A DNA stretch of 64,000 nucleotides from NCBI GenBank assembly GCA_001769125.1, contig MEOG01000093.1:1726-65725 (forward strand), in the 5' to 3' direction. Numbering within the stretch: position 1 is the stretch's first letter; every line of letters starts with the position of its first letter. This stretch comes from Bacteroidetes bacterium GWF2_35_48. GTDB taxonomy: Bacteria > Bacteroidota > Bacteroidia > Bacteroidales > GWF2-35-48. Under the pieces are notes generated by a model. It was not told the origin of the DNA. It saw nothing but the letters and a program-made list of their open reading frames with translations, and made no database searches. Shown one piece after another: positions 57,201-64,000 of this stretch. The position numbers and the translations under genes were made by a program.

Positions 57201-57668
57201 GCAGAAGTCAGTCTTACTGTTTTGACTATCGGTAAAAAACGCTACAGACATGCGATTATAAGAGATATTACTGAAAGAAAAAAAATAGAATTATCCCTGC
57301 GTGATAGTGAACAAAAAAATAAAGCGCTCTTAAAAGCAATTCCAGATATAATTTTTGTTCTTGACAAAAATGGAACGTATCTTGATTTTAAGGCAGACTA
57401 TTATTCTAAGTTTATACCATCTCAAAATATTATCGGGATGAACCACAGGCATTATTTTGAAGGAGATGTTCTGGAAGAAATTCTTCAGAAAATAAAAAAG
57501 GCGATTGAGACATCTGAGGTTCAAACAGTAGAGTATCAGATGAATTCCCCAATTGGATTGCGTTGGTTTGAAGCAAGAATTTCTCCACTCAATGAAAATG
57601 AAGTTTTATCACTTGTAAGAGATGTTACAGAAAGATATGAAAAAGTAGAACACTCCAAAATTAACTAA
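54225..57668 (+). CDS. Response-regulator receiver plus about 8 PAS domains, no recognisable output domain
   Basis: VLVVDDD, ILMDI, FITS and YLVKP (REC); eight PAS-like segments, including the PAS_3 segment DGMWDWNI..YLSPRW. Confidence 0.85.
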   Translation: MQPKKVLVVDDDKMLTTLIKMFLDELGFETVGVFAEAKPAIEKCRENLPDVILMDIHLDGEIDGIKAVDLIRKEFDVPVVFITSDTEEATVNKAINTNPYGYLVKPIIKSSLSITLELAYFKHRHEQELELRERPYRKLVDDTENTILVVINDNIEYVNMSGLKLFGTINIEDLLQKSILSFIQDEKKETFKNKMIFALKSNTRIEYFETVINSLSGVQCFVGIVGSVITFKRQKALQLVIADKTEEIQSKRLLSEQDNIINNLYDGVVSLSLNGKIKSWNLGAERILGIPKHIIIGEHISKIFPEKDEMFLQENLLEVPLDKEVHNLPIDYTHPVTKKRAYLRLSLSVLKNMANEITGIVCYCTDITEVKIHEETIKTSANNLKAIFNGSTEAIFLIDNKLRILDFNKLAETYSHDFFFVEPTIGENIFLALPFLDKTEFGGLFSNTIEGITHYLERQFQFPEYKKYLKITIYPILDDKEDIVDRFCISFLDISERKKIEKDLEDSRAELKPLFDSSIQRFYLVDTNYKIIAFNKAAKEIIQKEFKYSLKKGDNILDFVPAGLGIDFFKQKFEKARSGEHVVYKEKAGYDNVEYWNEVHLDPIANYKGEIHRILLWTLDITDRENNMIALKQSEERYFLVSQAGNDGMWDWNILSDEMYLSPRWKDILGFSDYEIINRRDARDKLIHPEDVSRTKQKMQEYLDGRTDIYAHEYRLRHKDGTYRWVLERALALKDNSGEAYRIAGSISDITERKKYEEQIYEMNKALLEERSMFIKGNVIVLRVDASNPDQVIYVSENVANVLGYSAEDFVNKKVELSSLVYPSDYDMHMKERIDAIKKDANYVEFSNYRLKAKNGKTIWVKDFTSIVRNEKKEPVQLLGYFVDITQEKEAEQQFEESQQKYYALFNEANDSILIIDADTDKIVDCNNKAVEVFGYVKSEMLSFSLLKLSPEVQPNGILSKEKRQEKITEASKNGNTTFYWQQRKKNGELFDAEVSLTVLTIGKKRYRHAIIRDITERKKIELSLRDSEQKNKALLKAIPDIIFVLDKNGTYLDFKADYYSKFIPSQNIIGMNHRHYFEGDVLEEILQKIKKAIETSEVQTVEYQMNSPIGLRWFEARISPLNENEVLSLVRDVTERYEKVEHSKIN

Positions 57669-57681
57669 TCATTTTAAATGT

Positions 57682-58515
57682 ATGGATTCAAAAAATAAAA
57701 AGACCATTCTGGTTCCATGGGACTTTACACCGGCTGCAGAAAATGCATTATTACATGCCGTTTCTTTAGGGAAAAAATTTGACAACAATGTTACCCTTCT
57801 GCACATTGCAGACCGTGGAAAATCGCTTTCAAACAATTCAAAAAAAATTCAGGAAACCATTGCTGCTACTAATAAATTAAACGAACTTACCCGGCAGTAT
57901 TCCGAAAAATGCAAAATATGTATCAACTCTATTGTTATTGAAGGAAGCATTTTTACAACCATTGCAGACGTCGCATCACAGTTGGATGTAAGTTTAATTT
58001 GCATGGGAACGCATGGAATGAAAGGCATGCAGAAAATTACCGGAAGCTGGGCAATGAAAGTTATTTCAAGCACAGATATTCCTTTTTATGTAGTGCAGGC
58101 TCCGCCTTCAAAACAGGATATTAAAAATATTATTTTTCCAGTTGACGAAAATAAAGAGACCGCGGAAAAACTTACATGGGGGAAATTTCTTACAACAAAG
58201 CTTGATGCTTCAATACGAATCGTTAAACAACATTTTGAGGGAGGTACAAAGGTCAGCTCCAATATGGCTTTTGTAAATAAATATTTGAAAAATCATGAGA
58301 TTGAATTTGATATTTATGAACCGCCGAAAACTAAAAATTTCATAGACTCTATGATAAGTTATGCTAGCAAAAAAGAGCCCTGCATGATTTTGATTATGGT
58401 TAAAAGAGGAATTAATATTACTGATTATATCATGGGACTGGATGAACAAAAATTAATTTTCAATCAGTACAAAATTCCTGTTATGTGCATCAATCATGGC
58501 AATAAAGCTAAATAG
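57682..58515 (+). CDS. Universal stress protein
   Basis: KTILVPWDFT, ICMGTHGMKGMQK.TGSWA, IPVMCIN. Confidence 0.9.
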   Translation: MDSKNKKTILVPWDFTPAAENALLHAVSLGKKFDNNVTLLHIADRGKSLSNNSKKIQETIAATNKLNELTRQYSEKCKICINSIVIEGSIFTTIADVASQLDVSLICMGTHGMKGMQKITGSWAMKVISSTDIPFYVVQAPPSKQDIKNIIFPVDENKETAEKLTWGKFLTTKLDASIRIVKQHFEGGTKVSSNMAFVNKYLKNHEIEFDIYEPPKTKNFIDSMISYASKKEPCMILIMVKRGINITDYIMGLDEQKLIFNQYKIPVMCINHGNKAK

Positions 58516-58539
58516 TTTTTTAACATTTATATTTGAAAA

Positions 58540-59871
58540 ATGAAGAAACCGGATCATAAAAAAATATTTGTTTTAGATACAAATGTGCTTTTGCACGATC
58601 ATCGCTGTATTTATAATTTTGAAGAGAATGACATAGTTATTCCTATCGTGGTTTTAGAAGAGCTTGACAGGTTTAAAAAAGGAAATGATTTAATCAATTT
58701 TCAGGCGCGTGAGTTTGTTCGCGACCTCGATAAATTAGCTGGAGACCTGCTTCTGACCAAAGGAATTTCATTAGGTGTTAACAAGGGAACCCTGACTATT
58801 GAGCCTGGGAAAAAATCCGAAGCGGTTCATGATGCATTTCCTGAAAACACTTCAGATCATCGCATTCTTGCTACTGCCGATTTTGTTAAGAAAAGCAATC
58901 CGAAACGAGCGGTTGTGCTTATTACAAAAGACATCAACTTGCGCATGAAGGCTAAATCACTGGGAATTCCGGCAGAAGATTATGAGAACGACAAGGTACA
59001 GAATATATCAGAACTTTTCAAAACAGTAATTACCCTTGAGGGTGTTGATGATGTTCTTGTAAGCGGCTTGTATGAAAATTTCAACGGCATTCCCATTGAA
59101 GATTTTAAATTCGATAAAGAACCCCACCCGCATCAATATTTTATTTTAAAATCAAGGAAAGCAAGCGTTTTAGCTCATTTTGATCCGATTAACCGTGTGA
59201 TGAACCGCGTTGAAAAACAACAAGTTTATGGTATAGACCCCAGGAATGCAGAGCAAACCTTCTCTATTGATGCGCTTTCCAGACCCGAAATTCAATTAGT
59301 TGCCCTTACAGGAAAAGCAGGTACCGGAAAAACGTTACTGGCTCTAGCAGCCGCACTTCAGCAGAAAAAAGAATTTCAACAGATTTTCCTTGCCCGCCCA
59401 ATCGTTCCTCTTGCCAATAAGGATATAGGCTTTTTGCCAGGCGATGTAAACGATAAAATCGGTCCTTACATGCAACCGCTGTATGATAATCTTTCTGTAA
59501 TAAAACATAAATTCAGACAGCAAAGCCCCGAATTCAACAAAATTGAAGAAATGCTGAAAACAGAAAAGCTTATTATTACTCCTCTTGCATACATCAGAGG
59601 AAGAAGTCTTTCTAATATTTTCTTTATTGTTGACGAAGCTCAGAATCTCACACCTCATGAAGTTAAGACAATAATTACAAGAGCAGGAGAAGGTACAAAA
59701 ATCGTATTTACGGGCGATGTGGAGCAAATTGACTCTCCTTATCTTGATACACAATCAAACGGATTGACCTATTTAACTGACAGGATGAAAGGTCAAAGCC
59801 TTTTTGCACACATGAACTTAATTAAAGGAGAAAGAAGCTACCTTGCTGAGCTTGCAAGTAATTTATTATAA
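58540..59871 (+). CDS. PIN-PhoH (PhoH2/YlaK-type) protein
   Basis: PIN: VLDTNVLLHD, EELD, DHRIL, TKDINLR; PhoH: GKAGTGKT, YIRGRSL, DEAQN, GDVEQID. Confidence 0.92.
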   Translation: MKKPDHKKIFVLDTNVLLHDHRCIYNFEENDIVIPIVVLEELDRFKKGNDLINFQAREFVRDLDKLAGDLLLTKGISLGVNKGTLTIEPGKKSEAVHDAFPENTSDHRILATADFVKKSNPKRAVVLITKDINLRMKAKSLGIPAEDYENDKVQNISELFKTVITLEGVDDVLVSGLYENFNGIPIEDFKFDKEPHPHQYFILKSRKASVLAHFDPINRVMNRVEKQQVYGIDPRNAEQTFSIDALSRPEIQLVALTGKAGTGKTLLALAAALQQKKEFQQIFLARPIVPLANKDIGFLPGDVNDKIGPYMQPLYDNLSVIKHKFRQQSPEFNKIEEMLKTEKLIITPLAYIRGRSLSNIFFIVDEAQNLTPHEVKTIITRAGEGTKIVFTGDVEQIDSPYLDTQSNGLTYLTDRMKGQSLFAHMNLIKGERSYLAELASNLL

Positions 59872-59941
59872 AAAATTGTTGAAAAATTTGGATTTTGTAA
59901 AACTTTTCAGTAAATTGTTCAAAAATTTAAAATTATAAATT

Positions 59942-61117
59942 ATGAGAACATTTGTTTTACTATCCGTTTTATTGTTTTTTTCATTTTCAACCTTTGCTCA
60001 AACCTACCAATTAGGGCATAAAACAATAACTTATCAGGATTCGGCTCGAAACAACAGGAATATTCCAACGGAACTTTTTTACCCTGCAGCTACAGCCGGT
60101 AATGATGTTGCTATTTTAAACGATCAGTTTCCAATCATCGTTTTTGGTCATGGCTTTGTAATGGCAAATCCTGATTTGTATGATTACATTTGGAATGCAT
60201 TGATTCCTGATGGTTATATCATTGCTTTTCCGACAACAGAAAGCAGCTCGATTTTTCCTCCTCCGAATCATGAAGCCTTTGGACTTGACCTTGCATTTTT
60301 AATAAATAAATTAAAAAGCGAGGGAAGCAATGCGGCATCTTTTTTTTACAATCATATCGGGACAACTTCTGCCATTATGGGGCATTCCATGGGAGGAAAA
60401 GCAACAATCATAGCAGCCGCAAATAATAACGATATTACTACATGTATCAGCATGGGAGCCGCTATGAGCGCAGGAGTCGGAAATAATTTAGATGTACTAA
60501 AAGATTATGCGCCCAACATTTCAGTGCCATCCATCGTATTTTCGGGCGAACTGGATTGCGTTGCCGAGCCTGATGAAAACCAGATTCCGCTTTATGATAC
60601 ATTAGGATCACCCTGCAAAACTTTTATCAGTATCTTAGGCGGAGGTCATTGTTATTTTGCATCGAATTCTAGTAATTGCGAAATTGGCGAAATGGGAACC
60701 TGCCACACAGCAACACGCGAACATCAGAATCAGGTTGTGTTGACTTTGCTTGCTCCCTATCTGCGCTTTATGCTGAAAAATAATAGTAATGCCGGACTGG
60801 AATTTCTTGCACGTTTAGACACTTCTGTATTTATTTTGACCGAACGCGATTGCGCAATATCCGGATTTGCATCTCTGCTAAATGATGAAATAATTATTTC
60901 TCCAAACCCTTCACAAGGCAAATTTTTTGTTACAGTTCCTGCTTCATCAGATGATTTGGTGTTGCAAATTTATAATGTTTCCGGAAAGAATGTTTTTCTG
61001 GAAAAAATTACTTCAGGCACTAAAACTTTTGATTTATCGTTTCTGTCAAAAGGTGTATATATTTGCAATATAACACATCCAGGAAAAAATTACTATAAAA
61101 AAATTATACTCAATTAA
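59942..61117 (+). CDS. T9SS-secreted alpha/beta hydrolase (chlorophyllase/cutinase-like)
   Basis: FGHGF, GHSMGG nucleophile elbow, SGELDCV (Asp), GGGHCYF (His); type-A CTD SPNPSQGKF...IYNVSGK...KGVY...KKIILN. Confidence 0.85.
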   Translation: MRTFVLLSVLLFFSFSTFAQTYQLGHKTITYQDSARNNRNIPTELFYPAATAGNDVAILNDQFPIIVFGHGFVMANPDLYDYIWNALIPDGYIIAFPTTESSSIFPPPNHEAFGLDLAFLINKLKSEGSNAASFFYNHIGTTSAIMGHSMGGKATIIAAANNNDITTCISMGAAMSAGVGNNLDVLKDYAPNISVPSIVFSGELDCVAEPDENQIPLYDTLGSPCKTFISILGGGHCYFASNSSNCEIGEMGTCHTATREHQNQVVLTLLAPYLRFMLKNNSNAGLEFLARLDTSVFILTERDCAISGFASLLNDEIIISPNPSQGKFFVTVPASSDDLVLQIYNVSGKNVFLEKITSGTKTFDLSFLSKGVYICNITHPGKNYYKKIILN

Positions 61118-61129
61118 TGTATACTCAAA

Positions 61130-61951
61130 ATGCTTAAATCCTTTATCTTTAGGTTTCGACAAGCAGCAAAAGTGAAAAAGTTAAAATATCATACGTTTAC
61201 AGTATATCAATCATACCTGTTATTATTATTACTTTTTTTATTTAGCACAAAAACTTTTTTTGCGCAAGAGTACGTAGAGGCGCACGCAATCCCAATGCCC
61301 GGTATATCTTATTCTTTTCAGATTCCGGGTGGAGATATGGCAAAACGCTTCGGAAATAATTCTAATATCGGGGCACATTTTACATTTAAAACAAAAAATA
61401 ACTGGATATTTTCTGCAGAAGGCATATTTATGTTTGGAGATAAAGTAAAAGAGCCCATTCTCGACAGCCTTAAATCATCTAACGGAGAAATTATTAATGA
61501 ATTCGGAGAATACGCGAGAGTTGTTCTTTCAGAACGCGGATTATTTTTTGCAGGATCTATAGGAAGATTAATTCCCGTGTGGGGACCGAACAAAAATTCA
61601 GGCATACTTATTACGGCAGGAGCGGGATTTCTTCAGCATAAAATACGCATTGAAACAGAAGGGAACAATGTTCCCGCGCTGTTCGGCGATTATTCAAAAG
61701 GATACGACCGACTTTCCAATGGCTTTGCCCTGAAACAATTTGTCGGCTATCTTTATCTGGGGAAAAGAAAACTTTATAATTTTTTCATTGGGGTTGAATT
61801 CTGGCAGGCTTTTACTCAATGCCGCAGGGATTATAATTTCGACATGATGAAAAAAGATGAAACGCTTAGAAAGGATTTTTTATATTCTTTTAAATTCGGA
61901 TGGATACTGCCCATCTATATTCAGCAGACACAGAAGTATTACACACACTAA
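61130..61951 (+). CDS. Hypothetical outer-membrane beta-barrel protein
   Basis: Alternating beta-strand pattern; PGGDMAKRFG, GFLQHKIRI, YDRLSNG; start uncertain. Confidence 0.65.
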   Translation: MLKSFIFRFRQAAKVKKLKYHTFTVYQSYLLLLLLFLFSTKTFFAQEYVEAHAIPMPGISYSFQIPGGDMAKRFGNNSNIGAHFTFKTKNNWIFSAEGIFMFGDKVKEPILDSLKSSNGEIINEFGEYARVVLSERGLFFAGSIGRLIPVWGPNKNSGILITAGAGFLQHKIRIETEGNNVPALFGDYSKGYDRLSNGFALKQFVGYLYLGKRKLYNFFIGVEFWQAFTQCRRDYNFDMMKKDETLRKDFLYSFKFGWILPIYIQQTQKYYTH

Positions 61952-62097
61952 TAATCTGTTTTTTAAATCACATTCGCTGTTATTCATTTTCCATTTTCGA
62001 ATCGTACAATGTTTAAGTTATTTGCTGTGAATAACTTTAATTTTATTATTTTACAGATTCTTCTATTTTTGCACAGCTAAAATAAAAGCAGGAAAGT

Positions 62098-63882
62098 ATG
62101 GAAAATAAAAATGTATTAAAAGGAGGCGAATTCCTTACCCGCGAATCACAGGCAGCAAATGTATTTATTCCTGAAGAATTTTCTGAAGAACAGCAAATGA
62201 TTGCCGGCATGTGTCAGGATTTTCTTGAGAAAGAAATTTTTCCGAATCTGGAACAAATTGATAAAAATGAACCGGGGTTTATGCGTTCGTTTGTATCTAA
62301 GGCAGGGGAACTTGGACTTCTTGGAATTTCTGTTCCTGAAGAATTTGGCGGTTTCGGACAGACGTTTGTAACATCTATGATTACATCGGATATTTTGGGT
62401 GCTGGTTATTCCTTTGCTGTTGCTTATTCTGCGCATACAGGTATTGGCACGCTTCCTATTTTATATTACGGAAATGAAGAAACCAAACAAAAATATTTAC
62501 CTAAACTTGCTTCCGGAGAATTTGCAGGCGCATATTGCCTCACAGAACCTAATGCGGGTTCCGATGCTAACTCGGGAAAAACAAAAGCAGTTCTTTCTGA
62601 AGACGGAAAACATTATATTCTCAATGGTCAGAAAATGTGGATTACCAATGGCGGCTTTGCAGATGTAATGACTGTTTTCGCTAAAATTGACAATGATAAA
62701 ATTCTCAGCGCTTTTGTTGTTGAAAGAACATTCCCCGGAGTATCTTTTAATCCTGAAGAAAAGAAAATGGGAATTAAAGGTTCTTCAACAGTACAGATAT
62801 TTTTCAACGACTGCAAAGTCCCTGTAGAGAATATGCTTGGCAAGCGCGGAGAAGGGTTCAGAATAGCTTTAAATATTCTTCATATTGGTCGTATTAAACT
62901 TGGCGCAAATGTTCTCGGAGCAATGCGGCGCGCAACCATGCAATCGGTTAATTACGCCAATGAGCGTAAACAATTCGGAACATTAATTTCAAATTTTGGC
63001 GCTATCAAATATAAACTGGCGGAACAGGTAATTCGTACTTTTGTTTCAGAATCGGCTACATACCGCACCAGCAAATATGTTGACGATACCATTCAAAAAC
63101 GTGTATCAGAAGGAATGGCAAAAAATCAGGCATATCTTGAAGCAATTGGCGAATATGCACTGGAAGCAGCAGTTCTTAAAGTTTTTGGGTCCGAATCCTT
63201 AGATTATATTGTTGACGAAGCAGTTCAAGTACACGGAGGTATGGGCTACTCAGCAGAAATGCCTGTGGACAGAGCATACCGCGATTCCCGCATCAACAGA
63301 ATATTTGAAGGCACCAATGAAATCAACCGCCTTGTTGTTGCTGATACATTCCTGAAATTTGCTAAAAAAGCTGATTCTCCAATTTTTGCCACAGCAAAAT
63401 CTGTTTATGAAAATTTAGAAAATGCAGCAGAAAACAGCACAACAGCCAATGAATATTTTGCTAAAAAATATTTGTACATCCGCAATTTCAAAAAAGCAGT
63501 AATGCTGGTTCTTGGCAGGGCTTATGAAACTCTCGGAAAGAACTATTCAACAGAACAGGAAGTAATGATGAATATTTCTGACATGATTATTCAGTTATTT
63601 GCTGCAGAAAGCGCTATTCTAAGAACAGAAAAATTGCAAAAAATTAAGTCTGCTGAAGAAGCCCCATTTTACAAAGATATTACAGATAGTTTTGTTTACG
63701 AAGCTGCGGCAAGAATATTCAAATCTGCTACAGATGCCATATCTTCATTTGCCGAAGGCGAAGAATTCAGCAAATTACAAAACGGTCTGAGAAAGCTTAC
63801 TGCTATTGAGCCTGTGAATGCTAAGGAAGCAAGAAGAAGAATTGCAAATAAACTGATTGAAGAAAACAAATATTGTTTTTAA
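62098..63882 (+). CDS. Acyl-CoA dehydrogenase (long form)
   Basis: AYCLTEPNAGSDANS, LNGQKMWITNG, KMGIKGSST, GRIKLG, ERKQFG, VQVHGGMGYS, RIFEGTNEINR. Confidence 0.96.
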   Translation: MENKNVLKGGEFLTRESQAANVFIPEEFSEEQQMIAGMCQDFLEKEIFPNLEQIDKNEPGFMRSFVSKAGELGLLGISVPEEFGGFGQTFVTSMITSDILGAGYSFAVAYSAHTGIGTLPILYYGNEETKQKYLPKLASGEFAGAYCLTEPNAGSDANSGKTKAVLSEDGKHYILNGQKMWITNGGFADVMTVFAKIDNDKILSAFVVERTFPGVSFNPEEKKMGIKGSSTVQIFFNDCKVPVENMLGKRGEGFRIALNILHIGRIKLGANVLGAMRRATMQSVNYANERKQFGTLISNFGAIKYKLAEQVIRTFVSESATYRTSKYVDDTIQKRVSEGMAKNQAYLEAIGEYALEAAVLKVFGSESLDYIVDEAVQVHGGMGYSAEMPVDRAYRDSRINRIFEGTNEINRLVVADTFLKFAKKADSPIFATAKSVYENLENAAENSTTANEYFAKKYLYIRNFKKAVMLVLGRAYETLGKNYSTEQEVMMNISDMIIQLFAAESAILRTEKLQKIKSAEEAPFYKDITDSFVYEAAARIFKSATDAISSFAEGEEFSKLQNGLRKLTAIEPVNAKEARRRIANKLIEENKYCF

Positions 63883-63898
63883 TTTAACCCACAAAAAT

Positions 63899-63935
63899 AA
63901 AAAGCCGGTGTGATGAAAATTGCACCGGCTTTTTT
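63899..63935 (+). terminator. Intrinsic terminator
   Basis: AAAAAGCCGGTG / CACCGGCTTTTT stem followed by a T-tract. Confidence 0.85.
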
Positions 63936-64000
63936 GTTAATGTTGTTTTTGTTTGCGCTTTGTTGCTAATGCTCTATAACAATTTTCTCATAATAAACTT

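Noticed and set aside
638-58515. Functional link between the two USP paralogs
   Set aside because: They share family motifs but are 56 kb apart and clearly diverged; multiple USP paralogs are ordinary.

Overview
This is a 64 kb AT-rich chromosomal segment from a Bacteroidota organism, probably Bacteroidales-like. The assignment rests on a T9SS type-A C-terminal domain, a tmRNA tag (A)GENSYALAA, TAnnTTTG promoter boxes, and the conserved dut/NTP-transferase/TPR/DUF4292/EnvC and coaX/lptC/CBS gene blocks. I support 49 CDS, tmRNA, a candidate 6S-like RNA and several terminators. There is no CRISPR array, integrase or transposase gene. The most unusual content is intergenic and layered: (1) 7-, 8- and 11-bp tandem arrays, often as inverted pairs and including a telomere-like (TTTTRGG)19 tract; (2) several families of REP-like hairpins inside these arrays, some inserted into each other up to three deep, with filled and empty sites both present; (3) a 354-bp MITE with perfect 16-bp TIRs and a 10-bp target duplication, inserted into one hairpin. 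Notable genes are a beta-propeller/Y_Y_Y sensor adenylate cyclase fused to a PDE-like HD domain, an AbiE-like type IV TA pair with a twin operator downstream of tmRNA, a REC-8xPAS protein with no output domain, a PafA-like protein with a degenerate active site, and a beta-flower-like repeat protein in the tatAC operon. All family assignments come from motif recognition by eye; no database search was run.
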